NCBI GenBank assembly: GCA_965116865.1
Contig: OZ220727.1
Coordinates: 1,604,798 to 1,668,797 of the forward strand
DNA: 64,000 nt
Direction of reading: 5' to 3'
From: Acidimicrobiales bacterium
GTDB lineage: Bacteria > Actinomycetota > Acidimicrobiia > Acidimicrobiales > Aldehydirespiratoraceae
In this document: one piece after another, positions 45,401 through 53,607 of the stretch
Numbering within the stretch: the first letter of the stretch is position 1
Layout: each line of letters opens with the position of its first letter
Made by a program: the position numbers and the translations under genes
Notes under the pieces: model-generated
The model's database searches: none
What the model saw: only the letters and a program-made list of their open reading frames with translations
What the model was told of the DNA's origin: nothing

Positions 45401-48400
45401 TTTTGGGCAGCGTGTCGTCTCGGGCACCGACAGCTTCGAGACCGCTCCCGACGGTGACACCAGTTCCACCAAGAGGTTCCTGAAGTCGAACGCATGGAAA
45501 GTGGCGTCGACCTCCACGAACTCGGTGAAGTCGATCTCCGACTCGACCTGGATGCTGCCGGAGACAAGGCCGCCGGTGGTGGGGATCGACAAGGATCTGC
45601 TAGAGGTGAGCGGCCCCGTCTGGCGCATGGCGGGGAGATTCGACCAGCTCCGGGCCAGGCCGACGGCCGCTTCAGCGTCGAGCACCCCGAAGCCGTACTC
45701 GTGGCTGAACTCGTAGTTCTCGGGGGTGGCGGGATCGGAGCGGAGCTTGAGCGCCCCGGTCTCCCACCCGGTGTTGTCGGGGTCGTTCTTGCGGGCCGAC
45801 TCGGCCAGGATCAGCCTCACGTCGCGCCAGCTGAGGCTGTCGTTCACGGCCCGCATCAGCGCAGCCACGCCAGACACCTGCGGAGCGGCCGAGCTGGTCC
45901 CGCCGGAGTCGGCCCTGTAGCGGTTCAGGTTGTCGGTCGTGCCGATCCCGGCCCTGGACCGGTCCAGGTCGCTGGACGGCGCGCAGACCCAGAGATTGGC
46001 GCCCATCTCGGAGTACGCCGACCGCCGGCCGAGGTCGTTCACCGCGCACGCCGAGGTCACCCCGTAATGGGAGTTGAGCTCGCTGAGCGTCGAGTAGTCG
46101 CCGGCGTCGACGCCGTTGCCGGCTGAGAACACGTAGAAGACGCCCTTGCCGCCGAAGCCGCTGGTAATGCCCGATTCCACCCCCTGCCTCCAGAGCAAGC
46201 CCGCTGCCTGCGGACGGGGACGGGCCGCCAGGCCCCAGCTGTTGTTGACGACGGCGGTGTCGGCCATGTTGCGGGTCATGGCGTCGTATGCGTTGATGAG
46301 GCTCGGCTTCTGTAGGAAGTTGTAGCCGTAGATCGTGGCTCGGGGGGCCACGCCTCGCACTCCGATGCTGTTGTCGCGGGCCGCGATCAAGCCCGCCACC
46401 CCGGTGCCGTGCGAATCGGCCGGATCGTAGAACCCGTCGCCGGTGTAGTCGTAGTTCCGGCTAGCGTCGACGTTGTCCACCAGGTCGGGGTGGTCGGACT
46501 GGAACCCGTCGTCGACCAGGGCCACGTTGACACCCGATCCCATGCTGGTCGCCCAGACGTTCCCTATGTTGGCGTCCTCGCCTGCCTCGCCTTTGCGCTG
46601 GCCTTCGTTGTCGAGGTGCCACTGGCACCCGTACAAGGCGTCGTGGATGTCGTCGTTGGACACCGGAATGCTCTCGCAGGTGTCGATCATTTCGGCGTAC
46701 AGGAAGTCCTCGCGCATCAGCACGGCGTACGGGCCGGTCGCCGAGCCGGTGCCGTCCAGGTTGCGGCTCACTTTCAGGTAGTGGGTCCCCGCGGCCAACT
46801 CGTGGAGGAGCACGAAGCCGAGGGGACCTTCTTCGGAGCCGGACGTCGTCGCTCTCAGGGCGGCCCCGTCGACCGTGTTGCCGTCACTGTCGAGAAGCTC
46901 TGCTGTGACGTCGACGTCGATTCCGGATGCAAAGACGCTCACATGGGTGTCCTCCTCGGTCTCGATGCGGAAGTAGTCCGCGTCGGTCGTGGGGTCGATC
47001 GTGCCGACGGCCGCCCGATAGAAGGCCAGCGGGATCGCACTGTCACGCATGCTGCCCGGATCTGGGGCCTCCAGCAGGTACAGCGTGTAGAGCCCGTCCG
47101 AGGACTCTGAGACCGGCGAGACGTCTATGTTGTATGTGCCTGCCGCGAGGTCGGCGCGATGCACGAACCCGCTGTAGGGCAGGCTGTCGAACGACTCGAC
47201 GCCGCTCACGGCGTTGTTGGCGGAGTCGAGGATCTCGCCTTCGATTCTGCTGGTGCCGCGGACTACGACCTTGGTCTGCTGTGTGAGGGTGAAGGTGTAT
47301 CCGTCGTTGTCGCTCGACGACTCGCGCAGGCCGGTGAGGGCGGTGCCGAGCGCGATGGTCTGCCGCTTGCCGACGCTGGAGTCGGAGTCGGCGATCGTCA
47401 AGTTCCTGAGGATGTAGTCGCCGGTCGCGCCGTCGTGGCTGGTGACCTTGATGTAGTAGGTCCCGGCCGCCAGCGAGTCCCAGATGAGAAAGTTCCTTGT
47501 CCCCCAGACGAGCATGCCGTTGTCGTTGCCCGCGAGGCGGGTGCCGTCGCTGCTTTGGAGCTCGCCGACGGTGTTGAGATCCCCCCTGGTGTAAATGACG
47601 ACGCCGACGGCGGCGTCCAGCACGAGCTTGAAGTAGTCCACGTCGTCGCCGGGGTCCACCGAGCCGCCCACGTAGGAGCCGGCCGCCAATACGCTGGCGT
47701 CGGCCCGGGTGCCGCCGTGCTCGGCGGGGGTGCCCGTCGCGGTCGCCGACCAGGCCCCCGCGCTCGACGTCACCGCCCGGACCTGCACGTCGTAGCCGGT
47801 GCCGTTGACGAGGCCCTGGAGCACATGCAGCGACAGGCCGGCCGCCCAGGCAGCCTGCTCGACAGTCGTCCAGTTCGCGTCGACCGTCTTGTCGGCGGCG
47901 GCAGTCTCGATGTAGCGCAGACCATAGGAGGCGACCGTCGCCCTCTCCGCGTGCGCGGGCCCGGTCCACGACACCGTGAGAGCCCCGTCGCCGACGACGA
48001 CCGAAGAGATCTCCGGCGCGCCGATCCGGGGCGTCCCCTCCGACGTGCCCGACCACACCCCCGCACCCTGGGAGTTCACAGCCCGCATCTGCACGCCGTA
48101 GGACACCTCGCCGTGCAGCCCGCCCAGCGTGTACTGCAACGCGCCGGAACTCCACACCGAAGCCTCGACAGTCCAGTTGGCGTCCACCGACTCGTCGTCG
48201 CCGGTCTCGATGTAGCGCAAGTCATAGGACGCGACAGCCCCGTCCGGCGCGGTCCACTCCACCGTGAGCGACCCTTCACCGGCAACGACCGAAGAGATCG
48301 CCGGAGCTGCAGGCTGCGCGGCCACGCCGCCGACCACAGCCAGCTGCGACAACATCGCCGCCGTCAACGCGGCACCGAACAGCCGCCTCGCCCACCGCCG

Positions 48401-48436
48401 CCCGAGAACCAACCGGAACCTCCGCCGCGTCCTCAC
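42416..48436 (-). CDS. giant (2006-aa) secreted, wall-anchored kexin-like S8 serine protease B: signal, FN3 x2, PPC x3, S8 with P-domain, FN3, cadherin-like repeats, SLH-like x3
   Basis: Signal (M)RTRRRFRLVLGRRWARRLFGAALTAAMLSQLAVVGGVAA. Triad contexts VALVDDG, HGTGVAG and GGTSSAAPQVSG. P-domain ELVSPSGAVSKL...GAWTLRV. Repeated ...VTVxDVNEP/DEAP cadherin-like ends. C-terminal PVTRAQMASFLVRA SLH-like repeats. Confidence 0.85.
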   Translation of the reverse strand: MRTRRRFRLVLGRRWARRLFGAALTAAMLSQLAVVGGVAAQPAAPAISSVVAGEGSLTVEWTAPDGAVASYDLRYIETGDDESVDANWTVEASVWSSGALQYTLGGLHGEVSYGVQMRAVNSQGAGVWSGTSEGTPRIGAPEISSVVVGDGALTVSWTGPAHAERATVASYGLRYIETAAADKTVDANWTTVEQAAWAAGLSLHVLQGLVNGTGYDVQVRAVTSSAGAWSATATGTPAEHGGTRADASVLAAGSYVGGSVDPGDDVDYFKLVLDAAVGVVIYTRGDLNTVGELQSSDGTRLAGNDNGMLVWGTRNFLIWDSLAAGTYYIKVTSHDGATGDYILRNLTIADSDSSVGKRQTIALGTALTGLRESSSDNDGYTFTLTQQTKVVVRGTSRIEGEILDSANNAVSGVESFDSLPYSGFVHRADLAAGTYNIDVSPVSESSDGLYTLYLLEAPDPGSMRDSAIPLAFYRAAVGTIDPTTDADYFRIETEEDTHVSVFASGIDVDVTAELLDSDGNTVDGAALRATTSGSEEGPLGFVLLHELAAGTHYLKVSRNLDGTGSATGPYAVLMREDFLYAEMIDTCESIPVSNDDIHDALYGCQWHLDNEGQRKGEAGEDANIGNVWATSMGSGVNVALVDDGFQSDHPDLVDNVDASRNYDYTGDGFYDPADSHGTGVAGLIAARDNSIGVRGVAPRATIYGYNFLQKPSLINAYDAMTRNMADTAVVNNSWGLAARPRPQAAGLLWRQGVESGITSGFGGKGVFYVFSAGNGVDAGDYSTLSELNSHYGVTSACAVNDLGRRSAYSEMGANLWVCAPSSDLDRSRAGIGTTDNLNRYRADSGGTSSAAPQVSGVAALMRAVNDSLSWRDVRLILAESARKNDPDNTGWETGALKLRSDPATPENYEFSHEYGFGVLDAEAAVGLARSWSNLPAMRQTGPLTSSRSLSIPTTGGLVSGSIQVESEIDFTEFVEVDATFHAFDFRNLLVELVSPSGAVSKLSVPETTRCPKVNPSPTGPELHCKWTSSIIFGSARHLGEDPSGAWTLRVQDRVHGGWNNRLNSWGITVYGHKATPGEPALDHVEPGADSLTVQWTAPGYGGSSDIAGYDVRHIRSDSGDKADDSAWTVVEDAAAAAVRSYTVSGLTDGLRRDVQVRAVNVRGGGDWSVTARGTPGTSNGEPFFVEGDAAARAVPEDLAAGMAVGAAVGARDHGSDTLTYSLGGSDAALFGVDSSTGQLRVKEPLNFEDAASHEVTVSVSDSKDDDGNADTAADASIAVTVTVVDVDEAPELTGDTDISHPENDRGTVAQFTAEDPEGGAVVWQFSGIDRNAFVFIGSRLEFVSAPDYESPADTDGRNDYEVVVTASDGVKERSLSVVVTVTDVNEPFTLTGDVAFDHDENDAAAVGTFTVDDPEDGAIVWSLRGVDGGDFAISGGRLSFVSVPDHEDPADSGSDNVYRVTVAAFDGANEQSRDVVVTVVDVDEPGAVALDRAQPQVGAVLTATLSDPDRGRSGVSWVWESSTGSSGPWSEVAGAGSRSYTPVGADVGRYLRVTAGYSDVHGSGKAVSAVTDNAVRAAPVVNTAPDFDAAVAARSVDENTAADTATGRPVGAPVTASDAENDILTYTLSGTDAALFDLDSRTGQLSTKTPLDHEARSGYSVTVTAADPSNETDSVAVSVTVNNVEEPGAVTLSSHFPTVGRRLTATVADPDGGVSGLSWQWRRSRSRSGGWTLIDGADANVYLPDDDDTGHYLQASASYTDRHEPQARDRAEAATAGTVSEAPDPDPDPDPPGPVRPIRAGPPGPPPAPVVDRNPAEEFFDLGDAGVHSETVLALASEGVLARTGCSRGRLCPNEPIRRWEMAVWLVRVLDGDDPGRPRRARFEDVSAGLWWAGHAERLARLRITLGCSTQPRLFCPDDPVTRAQMASFLVRAFDLAEADPAGFEDGSGTGHDAAIDALSAARITLGCSTEPRLFCPQRPTARDQVASFLIRAAEFRDTGRPSVAG

Positions 48437-49145
48437 CGAACAGCCGCCTCGCCCACCGCCACCCGAGAACCAACCGGAACCTCCGCCGCGTCCTCACCGA
48501 ACAGCCGCCTCGCCCACCGCCACCCGAGAACCAACCGGAACCTCCGCCGCGTCCTCACCGAACAGCCGCCTCGCCCACCGCCACCCGAGAACCAACCGGA
48601 ACCTCCGCCGCGTCCCCGCACCGAACAGCCGCCTCGCCCACCGCCACCCGAGAACCAACCGGAACCTCCGCCGCGTCCCCGCACCGAGCAGCCGCCTCGC
48701 CCACCGCCACCCGAGAACCAACCGGAACCTCCGCCGCGTCCCCGCACCGAGCAGCCGCTCCGCCCCGCCACCGCGTCCTCACCGAACAGCCGCTCCGGCC
48801 CACCGCCACCCGAGAACCAACCGGAACCTCCGCCGCGTCCCCGCACCGAGCAGCCGCTCCGGCCCGCCACCGCGTCCTCACCGAACAGCCGCTCCGGCCC
48901 GCCGCCACCCGAGAACCAACCGGAACCTCCGCCGCGTCCTCACCGAACAGCCGCTCCGGCCCGCCGCCACCCGAGAACCGACCGGAACCTCCGCCGCGTC
49001 CCCGCACCGCGCAGCCGCTCCGGCCCGCCACCGCCCGAGAACCGACCGGAACCTCCGCCGCGTCCCCGCACCGAGCAGCCGCTCCGGCCCGCCACCGCCC
49101 GAGAACCGACCGGAACCTCCGCTGCGTCCCCGCACCGAGCAGCCG
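48375..49145. repeat. about 12-13 tandem copies (61-bp period) of the start codon plus signal-peptide n-region of protease B
   Basis: The unit ccgaacagccgcctcgcccaccgccacccgagaaccaaccggaacctccgccgcgtcctca encodes GTG-RTRRRFRLVLGWRWARRLFG on the reverse strand. It fills the whole gap between lipoprotein B and protease B. Confidence 0.9.
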
Positions 49146-49148
49146 CTC

Positions 49149-50273
49149 TCACTGGGCGGTGTACTCCCTCGACCAGTTGGGGCTCGCGATCTCGACGCCG
49201 GCCTGCCCCGCCAATGCGTTGGCCAGATCCAACGACGCGAAGCCCGGCTCGGTTGCGACGACGAACCCGTTGGGCAGGTAGCTCAACTCCGAGACACGGT
49301 CCGGCTCGATGCCGTTGCGGCTGAGGAACCCAGCCACCGCGTCGGCGTCCCATTCGGGGTCGAGGACGAGTATCACCCCGCCCGGGAGCGTCATCTGCTC
49401 GCCCGACTCCGACAGGAACACCGGCCGGGCCCCGCCGGCCCCGTCCCCGCCGGCCCCGTCCGCGCCGGAGCCGTCCGCGACGCTGTCTCGCGGCACCACC
49501 GTGCCGTCGTCGAGCACGACCCGATCCAGCACCAGCCTCGCACTGTGCGTCCGGTCGCCGTCCTGCCAGATGTACAGGCGTCCCAAAGCCGGCGGGACTC
49601 CGGCGCCGACGCCGGCCGCAGCGGCGCCGTCCGGTCCCGCCCGCTCCACCTCTTCCACCGGGACGTCCTTCTGCAGCGCTGTCGCCAGACCGAAGCCCAA
49701 CTCAGCGGGGTCGAGAATCTCAATAGCCTCTGTCACCGGCCCGAGTACCGAGCCCTGCGGACCGGACGCCGGAACCTCGACCGCGGCTCGGGGACCGGCG
49801 CTCAGATCCTCGCCCATGCGCACATGCTCGGAGGGGGCTGCCGCGCCGCCGGCCGGCGGAGGGGCCGGGCCGACGCCCACCGGCGCCAAACCGTCCGACG
49901 CACCCGACTCGGACCCCTGGACCGACTCCGCGCCGGGGCTCGCCGAGTCCGCGTGTTGGGCCGGGTCCCTGCCACCGGCCGAGTCCGCGCGTTGGGCCGG
50001 GTCCCTGCCACCGGCCGAGTCCGCGCGTTGGGCCGGGTCCCTGCCACCGGCCGAGTCCGCGCGTTGGGCCGGGTCCCTGCCACCGGCCGAGTCCGCGCGT
50101 TGGGCCGGGTCCGTGCCGGACACCACAGCAACGTCCCGAATGCCGTCGTCGACACCGCCGCACCCGGCCAGCACCAGCATGGCCAGCGTCCACGAGAAAA
50201 CACCCGCAGCCCAGACGACAGCCGTCCGGTTCACGTCGCCCGCCTTCGTCGCCGTCCGGCTACCTGCCACCAT
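49149..50273 (-). CDS. lipoprotein with a subtilase-propeptide-like C-terminus; partner B of the protease module
   Basis: ATG at 50273 (MVAGSRTATKAGDVNRTAVVWAAGVFSWTLAMLVLAGC). In-frame 36-bp x4-5 repeat (DPAQRADSAGGR). The C-terminus is nearly identical to partner A (...GVEIASPNWSREYTAQ). Confidence 0.7.
   Translation of the reverse strand: MVAGSRTATKAGDVNRTAVVWAAGVFSWTLAMLVLAGCGGVDDGIRDVAVVSGTDPAQRADSAGGRDPAQRADSAGGRDPAQRADSAGGRDPAQRADSAGGRDPAQHADSASPGAESVQGSESGASDGLAPVGVGPAPPPAGGAAAPSEHVRMGEDLSAGPRAAVEVPASGPQGSVLGPVTEAIEILDPAELGFGLATALQKDVPVEEVERAGPDGAAAAGVGAGVPPALGRLYIWQDGDRTHSARLVLDRVVLDDGTVVPRDSVADGSGADGAGGDGAGGARPVFLSESGEQMTLPGGVILVLDPEWDADAVAGFLSRNGIEPDRVSELSYLPNGFVVATEPGFASLDLANALAGQAGVEIASPNWSREYTAQ
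49942..50115. repeat. 36-bp in-frame tandem repeat x about 5 inside lipoprotein B
   Basis: gccgagtccgcgcgttgggccgggtccctgccaccg starts at 49942, 49978, 50014, 50050 and 50086. Confidence 0.9.
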
Positions 50274-50302
50274 CGACCTACCGCCATCGAAGCTCCTGAA
50301 TC

Positions 50303-50323
50303 CCATTGCCGATCCTATAGCCA
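50303..50323 (-). promoter_or_regulatory. conserved leader/promoter block upstream of lipoprotein B (also at 42253)
   Basis: The reverse strand TGGCTATAGGATCGGCAATGG is identical to the block at 42253-42273. Confidence 0.3.
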
Positions 50324-50617
50324 CCGCTTCGCGGGACGCCCGTGCAGCAATCGGTTCTGCGTCCAGTCCGACGCAACAGGGCCACGAACCCGGCCGCCTT
50401 CGACGCCACCGACCGGCAGCATCGGTTCTGCGTCCAATCCGACGCAGAGCCGTCACGGCCACCCCCGCGCGCAAACGAACGATCACCACCACTCACCACC
50501 ATCCACACCCCAGGTCGGACCCTGAACAGCCGCGCCCGCGTGCGGGCTAGTGGTGTGTCGTCCAAATTGCTAGGGCAGGCCACGCCCCGGCGACCCGGCC
50601 GAGACGGCCCGTGCGGG

Positions 50618-50812
50618 CTAGTGTCCCGAGTGGGGAATGCGTTGCAGATATGCTGCGATGGTCTCGGGTTCTCGTCGGCGGTCATGCTCCATACGGAGGG
50701 GTGCGGATGCTCGTTGCGGTTGTCGATCCAATTGTCGGTCCAGCCGCGGGGTCTGCGGTGCCTGTGGGGGTCCCGGCCGTTCTTGATGTAGTTGTGCGGC
50801 TCATAGACGGTC
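50618..50812 (-). pseudogene. 3'-terminal remnant of an IS630-like transposase gene (frameshifted)
   Basis: The reverse strand reads ...WIDNRNEHPHPSVWSMTADE. After a frameshift it continues ETIAAYLQRIPHSGH*. From memory this matches the IS630-family C-terminus (..N....PF.WT.TADEIL......RI..SGH). No upstream catalytic part is present. Confidence 0.4.
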
Positions 50813-50953
50813 AACTACATCAAGAACGGTCAGGGGGCGCGAGACGGTGACATGAGAGTGCTCGGCAGCCGGCCGCTGTTCACCGACCGGCGTGCCGTCA
50901 GCGTCGCCGACCACCGCAAAGACACAACCGCGAGGAACTAGGCACTCGGGACA

Positions 50954-51757
50954 CTAGGCCAGAAGGTCGGCGAACGGGTCTCCGAAGGGGTCCGTGAACG
51001 GCGTCGCGCCGGCTTCCGGCGCGGGCTGCGGCACAGCCGCGGTCCAGCGCTCGTAGCCATCGGCCTCCAGCTCGTCGGCCAGTCCGGGTCCGCCGGACTG
51101 CTGTATCCGACCGCCTGCGAACACATGCACCGCGTCCGGCCTGAGATGGGCGAAGACCCGGCTGTAGTGGGTTATGGCCAGCACGCCCAGCCCGTCGTGG
51201 TCGGTGGCTTCCTCGATGCGGCCGGCGACCTGCCTCAGCGCGTCCACGTCGAGGCCGGAGTCGAGTTCGTCGATCACCGCGAACGCAGGCTTCAGCACCC
51301 CGAGCTGCAGAGCCTCGTTGCGTTTGCGCTCCCCCCCTGAGAGGTCCACGTTCACCGGGCGCTGCAAGAACTGCTCGTCGAGGCCGATGCGGCCGGCCTC
51401 GGAACGCATGCACTCGGCGACGACGGCGCCGTCGGCGGTGCGCACCGACTCGGTGAGCATGTCGAGCAGCGACACGCCCGGAACCTCGGTGGGATCCTGC
51501 ATCGCCAGGAACAGCCCCGCCTCGGCCCGCCGCCACGCCGGCATTCCCAGCAGCTCCGCGCCGTCGAGCCGCACCGAGCCGCCGAGCACCTCGTAGCCGC
51601 CGCGTCCCGCGATCACATGGGCCAGAGTCGACTTGCCCGACCCGTTGGGCCCCATCACCGCATGCACCTCACCGGCACCGACTTCCAGATCGACGCCGGT
51701 CAAGATCTCGCGGCCCGCCACCGAGGCCCGCAGACCCTCGACCACCAGCACGCTCAC
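50954..51757 (-). CDS. sufC: Fe-S cluster assembly ATPase SufC (copy 2)
   Basis: The GTG at 51757 overlaps a TGA (GTGA). Walker A GPNGSGKSTL, LSGGERKRNEAL, Walker B AVIDELDSGLDVDAL, ITH. Confidence 0.85.
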   Translation of the reverse strand: MSVLVVEGLRASVAGREILTGVDLEVGAGEVHAVMGPNGSGKSTLAHVIAGRGGYEVLGGSVRLDGAELLGMPAWRRAEAGLFLAMQDPTEVPGVSLLDMLTESVRTADGAVVAECMRSEAGRIGLDEQFLQRPVNVDLSGGERKRNEALQLGVLKPAFAVIDELDSGLDVDALRQVAGRIEEATDHDGLGVLAITHYSRVFAHLRPDAVHVFAGGRIQQSGGPGLADELEADGYERWTAAVPQPAPEAGATPFTDPFGDPFADLLA

Positions 51758-51877
51758 GACACACCCCCACCCCGGCCCGCCTCGAGCTTCAGCACGACCA
51801 TGCCGCCCACCAGCACGCTCACGACACACCCCCACCCCGGCCCGCCTCGAGCTTCAGCACGACCATGCCGCCCACCA
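51747..51877. repeat. 64-bp direct duplication of the Rieske-stop/sufC-start GTGA junction
   Basis: cagcacgctcacgacacacccccaccccggcccgcctcgagcttcagcacgaccatgccgcccacca occurs at 51747 and 51811. Confidence 0.9.
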
Positions 51878-52157
51878 CCGACGCCTCGTAGACGGGCACG
51901 GCCCGGGTGGCTGGCAGCGACAGCGGCTCGCCCGTCTCCAAGTCGAACATCGCCCCGTGGGCCGCGCACTCGATGACGCAGTCGTCGGCCTCCACCCAGC
52001 CTTCCGACAGCGAGACCTCGGCGTGCGAGCAGGTGTCGCCGATGGCGTACACGTCGTCACCGACACGCACCACAGCGACCGCGCGTCCGTCCAATTCGAC
52101 CCGCCGGGCCGAGCCGGGCTCGAGTTCGTCGAGTGGGAACAGCTCGTGGGTCGTCAT
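51819..52157 (-). CDS. Rieske [2Fe-2S] ferredoxin-type protein in the suf operon
   Basis: Rieske ligand motifs CSH (DTCSHAEV) and CAAHG (IECAAHGAMF). The ATG at 52157 is preceded by GGAGAC. Confidence 0.8.
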   Translation of the reverse strand: MTTHELFPLDELEPGSARRVELDGRAVAVVRVGDDVYAIGDTCSHAEVSLSEGWVEADDCVIECAAHGAMFDLETGEPLSLPATRAVPVYEASVVGGMVVLKLEAGRGGGVS

Positions 52158-52203
52158 CGTGGAGTCTCCAATCTGGAACGGTCGGACCGGGCCGCGTCGG
52201 GCG

Positions 52204-53601
52204 TCACGCCGCAACACTCAACATCTGGTCGAGTTTCAGATACAGAGCCTGCCGGGCCGCGGCTTCGACGGCCCGGACCGGCAGCCCGTCGAGCACCTCG
52301 TTAAAGAAGCCGGCCACGATCAGGCGCTCGGCCGTCGGTGTCGGCACGCCTCGGCTCTCCAGGTAGAAGACCTGGTCGGGGTCCACCGGACCCACCGCGG
52401 AGGCGTGGCTGCAGCGCACGTCGTTGTTCTCGATCTCGAGGTTGGGCACCGACTCGGCCCAGGCTTCGGAACTGAGCTTGAGGTTGCGGTTGGTCTGGAA
52501 GGCGTTGGCGCCGCGGGCGTCGGGCCGCACCCGGATCAGCCCGGTGTACACGCTGCGGGCCGAGTCGCCCACCGCGCCCTTGTAGAGCAGGTTGGAGGTG
52601 GTGTCGGGCGCGGCATGGTCCTGGTAGGTGCGGAAGTCGAGGATCTGGTCTCCCGACCCGAAGTACGCCGACATCAGGTCGCCAGCGGCGCCCCGGCCCA
52701 CTAGTCGGGCGTCGGTGCGGGTGCGGGCGTAGCCTCCGCCGAGCACGACCGAGGCGGCCGCCAGCGCGGCGTCGCGCTCCACCCTCGCGGCGTGGGCCGC
52801 GATCTGGGTGGTCCCGCGGTCATGCTGCTGCAGGTTCACGAAGCCGAGCCTGGCACCGGGCCCGACGTCGAGCTCGACCACCGGAACGACCAGCGCCGAG
52901 CCGGCGGAGAGCTGCACGTCGAGCACCTCCGCCGACCCGCCCGGCCCGACCCTCACCACCAGCCGGGGGAAGGTGGCCGCGCCGGTCTCGCCCGCGTGGT
53001 GCCGCACCGCGATCACGCCGTCGACGGCCACTCCCGCGGGCACGTCCACCACGACGGGGCAGCCCATGAAGGCGTCGTTGAGCACGGTGAAGTAGTCGGC
53101 GGCGCCGTCGGCCACCGAGCCCAGCAACTCGGCGCCGCCGTCCGCATCGGCCAGCGGCCCGACCCGAACGCCGCGCGCGGCCAGTTCCCCCAGCCCCCTC
53201 GAGGCGACGATGCGCCCGTCGGCAACGTCGAGCACCGCAGCGACCGCACCGCCGGCAACGTCGAGAACCCCACCCGCCGCACCGCCGGCAACCTCGACAA
53301 CCCCACCCGCCGCACCGCCGACAACGTCGAGCACCGCACCCGCCGCACCGCCGGCAACGTCGACAACCCCACCCGCCGCACCGACGACGGCCCGCTTCCC
53401 TTCCTGCGGAACGGGCGCGTCGGCGGCGACCGGGCGGTAGGCGGCCAGGTCGAGGTCCGCTATCGCGCTGTACCGCCACTCCTCGGCGGCGTCGGTGGGC
53501 GCGGGCGCCGCCGCGAAGCGTTCGGCGGCCTCAGCCCGGCGCCGCACCAGCCAGGGAGGGCCCGGCAGGCTGCGGGCCGCGTCAGTCGTGAAGGGATGCA
53601 C
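52204..53601 (-). CDS. sufD: Fe-S cluster assembly protein SufD
   Basis: C-terminal SufBD signature (NLLYKGAV..., QTNRNLKLS, SHASAVGPVD, FYLESRGV). An N-terminal insertion carries 36-bp in-frame repeats (GGAAGGVxDVA x5) at about 53215-53395. Confidence 0.85.
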   Translation of the reverse strand: MHPFTTDAARSLPGPPWLVRRRAEAAERFAAAPAPTDAAEEWRYSAIADLDLAAYRPVAADAPVPQEGKRAVVGAAGGVVDVAGGAAGAVLDVVGGAAGGVVEVAGGAAGGVLDVAGGAVAAVLDVADGRIVASRGLGELAARGVRVGPLADADGGAELLGSVADGAADYFTVLNDAFMGCPVVVDVPAGVAVDGVIAVRHHAGETGAATFPRLVVRVGPGGSAEVLDVQLSAGSALVVPVVELDVGPGARLGFVNLQQHDRGTTQIAAHAARVERDAALAAASVVLGGGYARTRTDARLVGRGAAGDLMSAYFGSGDQILDFRTYQDHAAPDTTSNLLYKGAVGDSARSVYTGLIRVRPDARGANAFQTNRNLKLSSEAWAESVPNLEIENNDVRCSHASAVGPVDPDQVFYLESRGVPTPTAERLIVAGFFNEVLDGLPVRAVEAAARQALYLKLDQMLSVAA

Positions 53602-53607
53602 TCGGAG

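Noticed and set aside
48375-49145. Possible CRISPR array, because of the regular roughly 61-bp periodicity. The same question applies to 58169-58465 and 26010-26440.
   Set aside because: The units are contiguous near-identical tandem copies with no unique spacers between repeats. They correspond to a duplicated gene 5' end or to the REP-like element. No cas genes lie in the window.
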